From: Centroscyllium fabricii
Taxonomy: Eukaryota
Assembly (NCBI GenBank): GCA_051313645.2
Contig: JBNRSN020000002.1
Location: forward strand, 219,666,001-219,730,000
DNA: 64,000 nucleotides
Direction of reading: 5' to 3'
Below the pieces are notes generated by a model, which was given only the letters and a program-made list of their open reading frames with translations, had not been told where the DNA came from and searched no databases. Of this stretch, positions 48,061 through 61,095 are shown in pieces (within the stretch, counting starts at the first letter, position 1; the number at the start of each line of letters is the position of its first letter). Made by a program: the position numbers and the translations under genes.

Positions 48061-48487
48061 CAGTGGTCCCCAACCTTTGTGCATTCGCGGCCCGTTTTGG
48101 CCTTGTGAATTTCTTCGCGGACTGGTGGGGGGGGTTCTGAAGGCGATTTTTACGCTCAGCGGGGGAGAACGACTATTTTTAATCTCAGCGGGGGGGAGGG
48201 GGAACAAGGATTTTTTTGTCTCATCGGGGGGGGGGCGATCGACGATTTTTAATCTCAGCGGGGGGGGGGGGGGGGGGGAGGCTGACGAGGATATTTAGTC
48301 TCAGCGGGGGGGGAGAACGATCAATTTTCATCGCAGCGGGGGGGGCAGCCGAGTCACTTGCCAGCGTGCCGCGGCTGGGTCATTAACCGACGTTCCGCGA
48401 AAAGGTCGATGCTCAGAACCTCCGCGGACCGGTAAATCTGTCCCGCGGCCTGGTACCGGTCCGGGGACCGCCGGTTGGAGACCGCTG
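48061..48487. mobile_element. hAT (Charlie-like) MITE
   Basis: TIRs CAGTGGTCCCCAACC / CAGCGGTCTCCAACC and an exact 8-bp TSD GTGTAGCA. Confidence 0.92.
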
Positions 48488-49147
48488 GTGTAGCACATAT
48501 CTCTAAATCACATCTTGGTCGGTCTCCCTACTCCTCTGACAAATTCTCCTCCTTTGAGCATCTCATGTCTCTCTTTTAAAATCCTTGTTCCGGATCACCC
48601 ACCCAAGTATCACGCTGAGTTTCTCACTGAGATATTGTCTCTGCTTTCCTCCCTCTGCACCGAGCGACTTCTCATCCTCGGTGATTTCAACCTCCACCTC
48701 AACTCTTCTTGTTCTCTCTCTACTGAATTCACCGCCTTCCTTTACTTCCTTAATCTCTCCCTCCATATAAACTCTCCTACCCATATATACGGCCACCCGC
48801 TCGATCTTGCCATCTCATGTGGCCTCGCTACTCCCACCGTACCTATCACTGAAAAGGAAATCTGCTGATTTCCTTATATCCCTCTCCACCCCTATTTCCC
48901 CTCCCAACCCTACTTCTTTCTGTGTCTGCCCCTGGGAAAAAACTCTCCCTCAAGTCACTTACCACTGCACTTTCACATTCCCAATTATACAGTCTTTGGC
49001 CTACAATTCTTCAGGACATTTCTGCAGCTACTGATTTGCTAAATCACACCCTCTCCACCACCTTTGATGCCCTTGTCCCCATTAAAACCATTACACTCTC
49101 TCACCCTAGTCGTTCCCTGTGTTATACCCCTCATTTGCACTCCCTTA

Positions 49148-49824
49148 TGCCCCGCTTTCACTGGAGGCTACGAATTCCCGATTTCTCCCGAATCTGAAAT
49201 TTGTCCGATTCGTGGGTAATTCTTGCAATTCGTAAACGATTCGTGGTTGATTCGTAGAGGATTCGTAGAGTTCGCGTAAGTTCGCGTGATTTCTTTGATT
49301 TTTCAAGAAAGTTTTTGTTTGTCAAAAAATTTCGTGGGAGGGTTAACGAATGTCCAATTCGTGATAGATTCCTAAACAATTCGTGACCCTTTCTTATCGT
49401 TCTTAACCCTTTCTTATCCTTCTTAACCGTTTCTTAATCGCTTCTTCTGCATTCTTGTCTATTCTTGGGCATTCTTGACTCCCTCAAATTCGTGGACCCA
49501 CGCCGAATACATCACGAAACAGGCACGAATGTCCACGAATCAGGTACGAATCAAGTACGAATCGGTCGTAGTGGATTCGTACAGTAATTCGGCACATTCG
49601 TAAGTGAGTTCGTTAAATTCTTACCTGATTCTTTGAATTCGTACTTGTTTCTTAAACCATTCTTGACATTCGGCACGAATAATTCGTAATCAATTCGTAG
49701 TGGATTCGTAGCTCCTCCCGAATCCACCACGAATTTTCACATTTTTTGCCGAATCGCCACGAATTTCGATACGTGACGATTCTTGATATTCTTGATATTC
49801 TTAGCCTCCAGTGAAAGCGGGGCA
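49148..49824. mobile_element. Harbinger MITE cognate to the 32763-36835 element
   Basis: 23-bp TIR TGCCCCGCTTTCACTGGAGGCTA and TTA TSD. 49565-49676 is a close reverse complement of 32932-33053. Confidence 0.93.
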
Positions 49825-51164
49825 TTAGTCCAAGGGATGTAGATTTGAACGTTTTGGCGGACAACTGGTTTAACCATCCATCACCAGATATGACTGGATC
49901 ACAAAGCAATATCGGGTCCTGCTCTCTCGCTAAAACTGTCCACTATTCTAAGATGATCCAGGAAGGCAAAGGTAACACCCAGCTTCTCTTTTCCACCAGA
50001 AACCGTCTTCTCAAACCACCCTCGCCTGCCTCCTCCTCCCTCACCTCCAACAATAAATCTGAGGGGCTCATGGACATTTTTGTTATAAAGATCGAGACCA
50101 TCCATTCAGCTGTCTCTGCTACTTCCCTTCCTTCCTCTAGCCCACTGGGCCTAACTTCCTCTCAGGTTCCCACCTGCCCTAAACCTGAATTTACATATTT
50201 CTCCAGTTTCTCTCATATCTCCCCTCATGACCTCTCAAAGCTCATCTTGTCGATGAGACCCAGCTCCTGCTCTCTCATGCTTATTACCACTAAACTAGTG
50301 ACCACCCAACTTCTCTTCCTGGCTCTCCATTGTTAGCTGATATTGTTAACAGTTCTCTCTCCTCGGGGACTGTCGCCCTCTCCTTCAAATCTGCCGTCAT
50401 CACCCCTCTCCCCACAAAACCAACCCTTGATCCCATCGTCCTCGCAAACTATCGCCCTAGCTCCAACTTCCCTTTCCTCTCCAAAGTCCTTGAATGTGTT
50501 GTCGCCTCCCAAATGAGTGTTCACCTTTCCTGGAACGCCTTGTTTGAATCCCTCCAATCAGGTTTCCGCCCCTGCCACAGCACTGAAACGGCTCTTACCA
50601 AAGTCATAAATGACATCCTTTATTGCTGTGACAAAGATAAACTATCCCTCCTCGTCCTACTTGCCCTGTCTGTAGCCTTTGTCACGGTTGACCACTCCAT
50701 CCTCGTCCTACTTGCCCTGTCTGTGGCCTCTGTCACAGTTGACCACTCCATCCTCCAACGCCTCGCCACTGTCGTCTAGTTGGGTGGGACTGCACTCGCC
50801 TGGTTCCATTCTTAACTATCTATTCATAGCCAGAGAATCACCTGCAACAGTTTCTCTTCCTGCTCCTGCACTGTTACCTCTGGTGTCCCCCCCAAGGGTC
50901 TATCCTCCTATTTCTCGTCAACATGCTGCCCCTTGGCACCATCATCCGACGATACAGAGTCAGTTTCCATATGTACGCTGACGATACCCAGGTCTACTTC
51001 TCCTCCAACCTTTCTCAACCTCTTCAAGGTCTCTAAATTGTCAGACTGCTTTTCCGACATCCGGCACTGGATGAGCAGAAATTGCCTCCACTTAAATATC
51101 GGGAAGACCGAAGCTATTGTCTTCGGTCCACAAAACAAACTCCATTCCTCTCCCTAGCAACTGT

Positions 51165-51498
51165 GGGCTGAATTTTCTGTGGTGGTAGCGGGTATGATTG
51201 GGGGCAGGTCGGGTGGGAAAGTTGTATTTTTTGACAGTGGGTCAGGTACCCGCTGTCAACTTGCTCCCACGCGCCTTTCCCACAGGTGCATCTGTCAGCG
51301 TTGAGCTGACCCGACTGGCAGTGGCGGGGACCCAATTGAAATCATTATGAGGTACTTTACAGGCACTTAAGAGCCTTTTTCCCCATACTTTGTAAATTTC
51401 CCTGCATAGCCACGGGATTTACAACACTTGGGAACCACGTCTATCAACCTGAGGCATGAGTTCCGTGGCCATTGCTCCAGCTGATTACTTGACAGCAC
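51165..51498 (+). mobile_element. Left end of the Harbinger derivative family, truncated
   Basis: Matches 17708-18030 (TTTTTGACAG.GGGT..CCCGCTGTCAA). Confidence 0.65.
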
Positions 51499-51499
51499 A

Positions 51500-51850
51500 G
51501 AAAACATAGAAACATAGAAGATAGGAGCAGGAGTAGGCCATTCGGCCCTTCGAGCCTGCTCCACCATTCAATGAGATCATGGCTGATCATCCAAACCCAG
51601 CACCCTGTCCCTGCCTTGTCCCAATATCCCTCGATCCCGCACCGACACATATCCCACCCTATACCCGTAACCCCACATATTCAATCCCCCTAACACTAAG
51701 GGTCAATTTATCGTGGCCAATCAACATTTTTGGACTGTGGGAGGAAACCGGAGCAGCCGGAGGAAACCCACGCAGACACGGGGAGAATGTGCAAACTCCA
51801 CACAGATAGTACCCGAGGCTGGATTTGAACCCGGGTCTCCAGTGCTGTAA
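51500..51850 (-). mobile_element. HE1-type V-SINE with chimeric CR1 tail
   Basis: Same structure as 4423-4812. Confidence 0.85.
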
Positions 51851-52540
51851 AACAAACCAAAATAAAAACATGTTGAATACATCAGCTAACAGATTGATGG
51901 AGATTCTGTTCTACTTGAAAAGCTACTGGTAAAGGTTAATTTTTCACTGGCCATTCACGGCTGTTGCCTTCCAACTGAACAATAATTGCAGTGAATTGAT
52001 CTGCACTATAAAAAATGACATATACCATTTAAATACATTTGTGTGTTGTTTCTGGTCAGGTTTTTCTCACAGTATACTGTGATTGTCCAGTTAAACGTTA
52101 AATCAAGTCATCAGCCGTAACAATTTCATTCTCATCACTCATTCCATTGGTCCAATTTGCTTTCAGTCTCTGAATATAACTAATTAAATTTTTCAGTCTG
52201 AGACATTAGGATGAATTTCTGTGGCGGTTCTCTCACTTGTCCATTGTTAACTTCAATGGAAGAGCTGCAGAAATCCCAGAAACAGGGGGGGTGATTTTCG
52301 CAAAGGTGTGGGAAACTGGCGGGTTTTGGGCGGATCAGGTTTCTGTCCCGAATGTCTAAGGGCCTGGGAGCCGCACGCAATGTGGCTCAATTGGTCAATT
52401 AATTCCCCGCGTGTCAGAGCCCCTGCCAATTGACTGTTTCCAGTCAGAAAGTCGCACAGTATGACGTCATCGTGTCTGTTGCTTTTTAGGCACACAGCAA
52501 GCCTTCCTCGCTCTGCAGGCTTCTCATTACAGCACAGAGA

Positions 52541-55500
52541 ATGGAGCAGGAGCCTGCAGCAGCTGGTGTCCGCGGTAGGGCCCGACCCTCCCCAAGGTTT
52601 GACGAAGGCTCACTACAGGCATTGGTAGAGGGGGCAAGAGCCCACAGGGAGGTTCTCTTCCCTGCGTCAGGGAGGAAGAGACCTCCCTGTCAGACAAAGG
52701 CTGCTTGACAGCAGATCTCTGAAGCAGTGAACTACATAGCCCTGACACCTCGTTCGTGGATCCAGTGCTGGAAGTGATTCCATGACCTGCATCGATCTGG
52801 AAAAGTAAGTATGAAGTTCCCATCACCCTCAATCTGATCCCTATTGCCTTTCCTCACCAGCACTTGGCTTCATCAATCTCTTCCTCCACATCCCACTTCA
52901 CACTCACATCCATGCACCCTTACCCATTCCCTTTCTCTCTATGCTCACAAACACTTAACTATTCCACTGAGCAGCCCTCACACTCCCTCTCACTCTGATG
53001 CTTGGAGCACAACTGACAGCACACAGGGAGGGACCTTGGTCTTGCAACCTCACTGCATCTTTCTGTATCCCTCCAACTATCTATGCCTGGCACTCTCTGC
53101 ACTCACTCCTTCATTCTCACTGAACCTCCATTTGTCTCCCTCATTGCAGGGAAAGAGAGCTCACAATAGACACGAGCAAGCAGTGACAGGAGTGGGCCCA
53201 CCCTCCATTGCACACCTGACCACCTGGGAGGTAGCAGCAGTGGAGATAGTGGGGGATGAAGCGGCGACGCCAGTTGGGGACAGAGCAACAGGGGCATCAT
53301 TGCAAGCTGGTGACAGAATCGTTTCCCATCTCTCACTTGACATTGCAATAGAGGCAGATAATGATGCTGAATCTACATCATATCGACTTATAAACATCTG
53401 CAAGATGCAATGTGCATGTAACCTTGCCATGACATCTGTAACTCTTTCCTTTACTCCCCCACAGGACCATCGACAGCCTCCGTCCCCACTGTGCAGGAGG
53501 AAGAGGCTGAGGCTGAAGATTCTGCGCACCCAGCACCAGTGCAGATACTCATACCTCAGTGGGACCTTCAGGACATAGTGTACTGTTGTCACCTGGTGAA
53601 TCACAGCTCACAAGTAAACCTCAGCAGATTGTGGAGACAGGGACAGCAGTGGAGAGTCCTAGTCAGAGGGCGCAGGACTCTGCCAGCTCAGCTCAGCTGC
53701 ATGTCGACCCTCAGCCTCCGGGTCCATCCACTACAGTGATGGAACTCCTTGAGCAGATGCAGGAGTCGCTGGCAGGTTTTGTCTCCAGGGTCATTGCGAG
53801 TGTGGAGCGAATGGAGGAGTCATAGAGTAATACAGCACAGAAAGAGGCCCTTCGGCCCATCAAACCCAGTCTATACTATTCCCATTTTCCCGCATTTGGT
53901 CCGTAGCCTTGTATGCTGCGGCATTTCAAGTGCTCATCCAAATGCTTTTTGAATGTTGTGAGGGTTCCCGCCTCTACCACCCTCTCAGGCAGTGAGTTCC
54001 AGACTCCAACCACCCTCTGGGTGAAAAAGTTCTTCCTCACATCCCCACAATACCTCCTGTCCCTTACCCTGAAATTATGCCCCCTCGTTATTGACCCCTC
54101 AACCAAGGGAAAAAGTTCCACTCCATCCACCCTATTTATTCCCCTCATAATTTTGTACACCTCAATCAGGTCTCCCCTCAGCCTCCTCTGCTCCAAGGAA
54201 AACAACCCCAGCCTCTTCAGTCTCTCTTCATAGCTGAAGTTCCCCAGCCCAGGCAGCATCCTGGTGAATCTCCTCTGCACCCTCTCCAAAGCTATTACAT
54301 CCTTCCTATAGTGTGGCGACCAGAACTGCACACAGTACTCCAGCTGTGGTCTTACCAGCGTTTTGTACAGCTCCATCATAACCTCCCTGCTCTTATATTC
54401 TATGCCTCGGCTAATGAAGGCAAGTATCCCATATGCCTTTTTAACCACCTTATCCACCTGCCCTGCTGCCTTCAGGGACCTATGTACCTGCACACCAAGG
54501 TCCCTCTGATCCTCTGTCCTCCCTAGCGTCCTACCATTCATGGTGTACTCCCTTGCCATGTTAGACCTACCGAAATGCATCACCTCACACTTTTCAGGAT
54601 TAAATTCCATTTGCCACTGTTCCGCCCATCTGACCAACTCATCTATGTCGTCCTGCATGTTGCGGATTTCCTCCTCGTTATTTACCAACCCCCCAAATTT
54701 TATGTCATCTGCAAACTTACTGATCATGCCTTTTACATTCATATCTAAATCATTAATATAGACTACAAACAGCAAGGGACCCAACACCGATCCCTGCGGT
54801 ACCCCACTGGACACAGGCTTTCAGTCACAAAAACAACCTTCAACCATCACCCTCTGCCTCCTGTCACTAAGCCAGTTTTGGATCCACTGTGCCAAGGTGC
54901 CCTGGATCCCATGGGCTCTTACCTTCTTGGCCAGTGTCCTATGCAGGACCTTATCAAAAGCCTTACTAAAATCCATGTATACCACATCCACTGCACTACC
55001 CTCATCCACACACCTGGTCACCCCTTCAAAAAATTCAATCAAATTAGTCAGACATGATCTTCCCTTGACAAAGCCATGTTGACTATCCTTAATTAATCCT
55101 TGCCTCTCCAAGTGGAGACTAATTCTGTCTCAGGATATTTTCTGGTAATTTCCCCAATACTGATGTCAGGCTCACCGGCCTGTAATTCCCTGGTTTATCC
55201 CTACTACCTTTCTTGAACAATGGCACTACATTGGCCATTCTCCAGTCCTCCGGCACATCCCCTGTGGCCAGAGAGGTTCTGAAAATTTGTGTCAGAGCCC
55301 CTGCAATCTCTTCCTTAGCCTCACCCAGCAGCCTGGGATACATCTCGTCAGGGCCTGGAGACTTATCCACTTTTAAGCCTGCTAAAACCACTAGTACCTT
55401 CTCCCTGTCAGTACTAATATGATCAAGTGTATCGCATTCCTCCTGTCTTATTTCTATGTCCACATCGCCCTTCTCCACATGAACACAGATGCAAAAAATT

Positions 55501-56283
55501 AATTCAAAACCCCACCTACATCCTCTGGCTCTACACACAGATTTCCACGCTGGTCCCCACCCTTTCCCTCGTTATCCTCTTGCCCTTAATATGCTTATAA
55601 AACATCTTAGGATTTTCTTTTATTTTGCCCGCCAGGCTAAATAGTCCATAGCTAACATGAGCAGAGTCTTTGTGGAGTCACAGGTGCATGAACGCAGTAC
55701 CGTGGAAAGGATGGCTACCTCCGTGGAAAGGCTGGTTACAGCAATGGAGGCAGTAAGTCGCCGGGGTGATGAAACCATGGTGAGTGTTCAGAATCGACTG
55801 ACATCTCTGGAGGAGTGATGGGCAGCTATTGAACACTGAAACCAGACCTTCATGGAAGTCCTTCTGAGAAGGACTGCCATTGCAGATGCGGGTCCCCATA
55901 GCCCCCCTGATGTGCAGCAAGTTGCTCTCCAGCCACTTGCAGGCGCTGAGGGGGAGCTGACCCATGAGAGGGAGGTTGCTGGCACACCTCAAGGAAGTGG
56001 GGGCTCCTCTCCACGCGCGCACACTTCCATGCCACTGCCGAGCCCTCGGTCAGAGCCCCACCGGAGTCCACACCCAAGCGAGATAGGCGTCCTAACCCCT
56101 GCACAGCCGTAGGAGCAGCAGACTGCTGGCAAGTCCTCACATGCTCGCCACCCCAGAGGATGCCCGCCTAAAGTATCGAGACAGGAGCAGCAGGGAAGTG
56201 AGCAAGGGGCCTCCACATCTACTGAAGCCACAGGGGAACCACTACGTAGGAGCACGCATAAGAGAAAGATACTGCACAAATAA
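52541..56283 (+). pseudogene. Three-exon Myb/SANT-like Harbinger accessory gene (exons about 52541-52804, 53150-53309, 53465-56283), disrupted
   Basis: MEQE..PRFDEGSLQALVEG..REVLF..RSWIQC.K.F.DL with in-frame TGA stops and a GTAAGT donor at 52805. Exon 3 is split by a CR1. Confidence 0.75.
53821..55640 (-). mobile_element. 5'-truncated CR1 LINE (second family)
   Basis: ORFs 53876-54814, 54821-55111 and 55119-55538 carry [21 protein letters not shown] and KFADD. Confidence 0.92.
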
Positions 56284-56523
56284 TCACAAGGGTAGTCACT
56301 TGGGTGAAGTGTTGTCATCAGTTATGTAATTTGTATTAAAAATCTGATGGCAACTGTTGGAGTTGTGGCGTGTGTAATTTAGCGCATAGAGATTTCACAT
56401 TGAGGGCTTATGAGTACTTGCAATTATCAGTATTATGGAGAACTAGCTAGGAATCCGCTGGGTTTTGGCCATGGCCGATGCTCAGTTAGGAAGCTGTGAG
56501 TCAAAATTGTTTCATTGAGTAGG

Positions 56524-57915
56524 CTAAGCAAATCTGCCCAGGATGATTGTGTTCCTTGCAGCCCGGACAGCAATGGTCTCTTGTAATACTCGCGCTGGTT
56601 GACGGGCTTCTGCAGGATGCTTGTTTGCGGTCTCCTCATCCTTCTCCTTATTCTCCTCCTCATCATCATCATAGGAGGGTATGCGAGGAGCCTCTTGGTC
56701 GTCAGGCATCTGCAAGCCATGACGTTGTGCCATGTTGTGCAGTGCACAGCAGACCACGACCATTCTGGAGACCCTGTCTGCTGAGTACTGGAGGGCTCCA
56801 CCTAATCTATCCAGGCATCTGAAGCGCATCTTCAGCAAACCAATGGTTTGCTCTATAATGCATCTGGTGGAAATGTGGCTGGAGTTGTAGCGCTCCTCAG
56901 CCTCATTGGCTGGCTTCCTCAATAGCGTCATTAGCCAAGTCCTCAGGGGATAGTCCTGGTCTCCAAGTAGCCATTCCTCAAGTTTGTGTGGCAGGCTGAA
57001 GAGCGAAGGCACAGTAGACTGGCGCAGGATGAAGGAGTCATGGCAGCTGCCAGGGTACCTGGCACAAACATGCAAAATCTCCTTCTTGTGGTCACACACC
57101 AGCTGAACATTGAGGGAGTGGAAGCCCTTGTGGTTGACAAAAGCCCCTGGGTTGGCATGGGGTGCCTTAAGGGCCACACATGTGCAATCAATGACACCCT
57201 GCACCCTTGGGAAGCCTGCCAGACGAGCTAAGCCAATCGCTCGCGTCCTCACATTTGCGCGATCCCTGGTGAAATGGATGTGATTGTGCGCGAGGGCAAA
57301 GAGGGCATCAGTTACCTGCGTGATACAAGTGTGTGCGGCCGACTGGGAAATGCCGCTGATGTCTGCTGCTGATCCGTGGAATGAGCCTGAGGAAAAAAGT
57401 TGAGTGCGGTGGTGACTTTGATGGCCACTGGTAAGGAGTGTCCAACAGGTGCTCTGGGCTCCAGGGCTTTCTGCAGCATGGGGAGAGGGTAGGAGTGGGG
57501 TGCTGGGTTTGGATGGTCAGCCATGATCTCATCAAAAATGGCGGAGCAGGCTCGAAGGGCCGAATGGCCTACTCCTGCTCCTATCTTCGATGTTTCTGCA
57601 TTGCGCACATGTCAATCACCGCCTGTCGCGAAAGTCGGAGCTGCCTTTGGCACTGCCGCTCAGTCATATTGAGATAGCTGACCCTGCGTCTGTAGACCCT
57701 GTTTGGGGTGTATCTCCTGCGCCGATGGGCTTCCAAGCGTTGTCCCCTTCTGGCCTATGCTGCCTCCGGAGGGTGAGCAGGAGCTTGTCGCTCCTGGTTC
57801 TGCTGCTGTTGCTGTATCCGCTGCTGTATCTGCTGTTATTGTTGTATCTGCTGCTGCCACCTCCACTGCTGGAGATCCTCTAATGCCAGGAAGGGAAGGA
57901 AAAAAGGCCTCCCAT
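56524..57915 (-). pseudogene. HARBI1-like Harbinger transposase, disrupted
   Basis: Motifs [39 protein letters not shown] and [16 protein letters not shown]-rich N-terminus with stops, SINE/CR1 tail inserted at about 57478-57598. Confidence 0.88.
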
Positions 57916-58632
57916 GCTTCTGGTGCCTGCCTCCGCTGAGGTAGCACTGACTGAGGGTGTAGCACTGAGTGAGGGTGGACAGAGGGCTTTCCCAGGAGGT
58001 CACACTGCAGAAGTGTGTGGGGCTGGAGCCTTCCGGGGGACTGGTGAAGCCTGCAACAAGTTGCCCCAGGCCTGAGACTGACTGTCCTACCAGTTGCCAA
58101 TGAAGGCAGCTTAAATGTGGATCGTAATGATGGACCTGCTGCTGATAATCAGGTAGCCGATTATGTTCCCGCTAGGTTTCACCGGCGGGATTTCAGGATG
58201 GCGGGTTTTGGGTGGGAAACGCTTTAAAATAGCCGGGGGCCCTTAAAATGGGATTATCCATAGCAACTAAGGGCCCTTAATGAGGATTACGACCATTCCC
58301 ACTGGTGGTGAGCGGGAAAGATTCGGGTTGCTTAGACGCGCCGTCCGAAAATTGCAAAGAGGCGGGGATCCAGCGGGAGGGCTCGGGACTCCCCGGTTTT
58401 GCGATTTTAAGCCCCGCCCTGCCGGAAATCCGCCTTCACGGCCCTCCGAAAATCCCACCATTGTAAGCACCACTTACACTGTTTGTCAGGGTTTCCGCAG
58501 CTCTTCCACTGAACTTGCATAAGATTGTAAAACCACTCCTTTACAATTACATTTAAAATTGGCTTAATTTTATGTATTACCTATATACACACACATCTTT
58601 TATTTGTACCAGTTACTGATACAAAAGTCTAT

Positions 58633-59385
58633 GGGGGAAATATTGGATGGCTTGCGCCAGCTGCTAGTGCCCTAGGAGAACTGCTAATAGGACGTAAGGC
58701 ACCTCGCGCTTGCGCTGGCACCTCCCGTGATATTCAGCGGGGCGCTGGCGGCAGCGGTTGGTGCCCCGTGGCGCTGTGCCACTGGCAATGACGTCATCGC
58801 CGTGCGCAGCGCCTCGCTTGCGCCCCAGCCGCGAACTTCAGTCGCGCCCCCTGACTTAGCGCCGGATGCTGTCTCCGACAGGGTCAGGGGGACGCAGTTG
58901 CAGCCGGGGCAGCGCTATTTAAAGGGGGGGGGGGAGCCGGGCGGCCATTTTTCTTGCTGGCCGCCTGCCAGCACCTGCCCCCTCTGCCGTCCCCGATGCC
59001 CCTCCGCGGAGTGCTGGCTGTGCTCCGTGAGCCCGGCACTTCCCTCGAGTGCCGGGCTCCTTTTCCGGCACTCCGGTCCCCAGCGGTCCAGCGGGGCTCC
59101 GGGCCGTGCCGTGCTAGGCCACTCCCCTTTAAGATGGGGAGAGAGGCCTGCAGTACCGCAGCGCGGCGCGCTGCAGAGCGTGGTGCAGTGACACAGTGGC
59201 CCGAACATCAGTCATTGCGCCCAAGGAACGAGGTGGGCACCTGCAGTAGCGCTCCACCTCCTACTTGGGGCGCGAAAACCCAATTTACGGCAGAACGGCA
59301 CTAACTTTTTCGGGGCGCTAACTTTTTCGGGGCACTACTTTCCAAGGTTAGCGCCCCAAACGGGGTGCAACCCAATTTTTCCCCC
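58633..59385. mobile_element. CpG-rich Harbinger-like MITE
   Basis: Ends GGGGGAAATATTGG..CCAATTTTTCCCCC with a 3-bp TAT TSD. A related fragment lies at about 28285-28420. Confidence 0.8.
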
Positions 59386-59669
59386 TATAGATTTATGCCT
59401 AAAGCACCAATAACTTCCCAATTAATGTACTCTTTAAATTATGTTCTTGATTGTATTTATAGATAGTCATATTACTTAATAATTATTAAAATATTTGTCA
59501 ATCATATATAACTTATTATATTATTGTACAGTAAAGATTCAACACCTACTATGTTTGATTAAAATAAAAATATAATGTGGCTAGGGTTCCTTTCAGGATC
59601 CCAGCTTAAAATGTGTCATTAATGACATCACCAGACCCGCTCCATCTAATTGGTCCGGGTAACGTGCTG

Positions 59670-60105
59670 ACCTACATTGGCTCCCAGTTAAGTAATGCCT
59701 CGGTTTTAAAATTCTCATTTTTGTTTTCAAAACCCTCTATGGCCTCGCCCCGCCCTATCTTTGTAATCTTCTCCAGCCGTACAATTCCGACAGATCCCTG
59801 CGCTCCACTAACTCTGGCCTCTTGAGCATTCCCGATTTTAATCACTCAACTATTGGTGGCCGTGCCTTCATCTGCCGAGATCCTAAACTCTGGAATTCCC
59901 TTCCTAAACCTCTCCACTTCTCTTTCCTCCTTTAAGATGCTCCTTAAAGCCGACCTCTTTGACCAAGCTTGCGGTCATCTGTCCTAATAGCCTCTCATGT
60001 GGTGCGGTGTCAAATTTTGATAACGCTCCACATGAGCGCCTTGGGATATTTTGGGATATTTTGCTACATTAAAGGCACTATATAAATGCAAGTTGTTGCT
60101 GTTGC
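59670..60105 (+). mobile_element. L2 LINE 3' end
   Basis: LHWLPV..FKIL, GGRAF..P.LWNSLP, then the tail TAAAGGCACTATATAAATGCAAGTTGTTG. Confidence 0.8.
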
Positions 60106-61095
60106 TGATTATGTTCTAATGTGTTCCAAAATCTTAGGTCTTTGAATCCTTTTGCTCCCATTGAATTTTGTCTTACCACGTGATGTGGAAAGAAATGGTG
60201 TTAACCAGTGAAAAGCCACCACCCAATCAGGTTTCACCTCTCAATGTCAAAACAGCAGCATGTGGATGTGGATAGCATTCCCATCACTGCCTGGAGATAT
60301 GTTTACTATGTCAGGCTAAAAAACAAAGGCCTAAATATGACATCATTGCATCTGTTTAATGAGCCTAAAATGGACACAACAATAACCAATTTAACTGTGA
60401 ATAGGCCCGCAAACGATCAGCACAGGAGTTCGGCCACTACTACAGGTCCTTAAAGGGAACCGCTGGAGGATGCTCAAAAATAGACCCCAAAACTTCCAAA
60501 ATTTTGTTTTTTGTGGAGTCAGAAGGAACAAGAGTGCTCCTATTGACTCCACAAAACAACAGGATACTGGCAGCCTGCCTATCCTCCCCCCGCCCCTCCT
60601 TCCAACTCACCACCATCCAGCCCCTTCCCCAGACTTACCTCTGGACCTCAATGCAGGGCAGACATTTTTAAGGCCCCAACAGGCGAGCTGTGTCGGGGCG
60701 CCTGATTAGCGCTCGTAGATCACTTGATTTATATTGATATGGCCCAAGGATGAATTTACTTCAGCCCTTGAGCCTCTCCATTCCAGTGCACCATTACTGC
60801 ATGCCACCGGAATCACACCCGGTTTGGGGCACTTAAACATTTAGGCCCAAAAGCCTTTGGAACTTCTACCTATCTTGACATCCCCTTAATATTATTGGTA
60901 ATCACAGATTATGTGTTCCATTCCCTCTCACAGTGCCAAACTTGCCTAAATTATTTTTTCACAATCTGAGACAGTAGCCAGACAACATTGAACAGATTAG
61001 GTTTTGTTTATGGCAATATCACTGAGATTAGGTGCCTTTCCCTAAAACTAGGCTGATTCCAGTGCAGTGCCGAGGGATTTTGCACTGTTGGAGAT

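Larger units (their letters stand above)
47680..51160 (+). mobile_element. Decayed L2 LINE ORF2 (EN and RT) with nested MITEs
   Basis: Motifs LQNVRSL..TEAW, LGDFNLH, NYRP.SN.PFLSKVLE, QSGFRPCHSTETAL, MYADDT and LNIGKTE. Confidence 0.85.
52285..58459. mobile_element. Decayed full-size Harbinger (HARBI1-like lineage)
   Basis: Ends GGGGTGATTTTCG..CGAAAATCCCACC. Myb gene (+) and transposase (-) are convergent, with CR1 and SINE insertions. Confidence 0.85.

Noticed and set aside
47900-50755. Short direct duplications in L2 (about 47900-47995 and 50648-50750)
   Set aside because: Ordinary local tandem duplications in decayed TE sequence.
56524-57252. Host HARBI1 gene
   Set aside because: It lies within TIRs next to a Myb partner and has upstream stops and a SINE insertion, so it is a transposon pseudogene.
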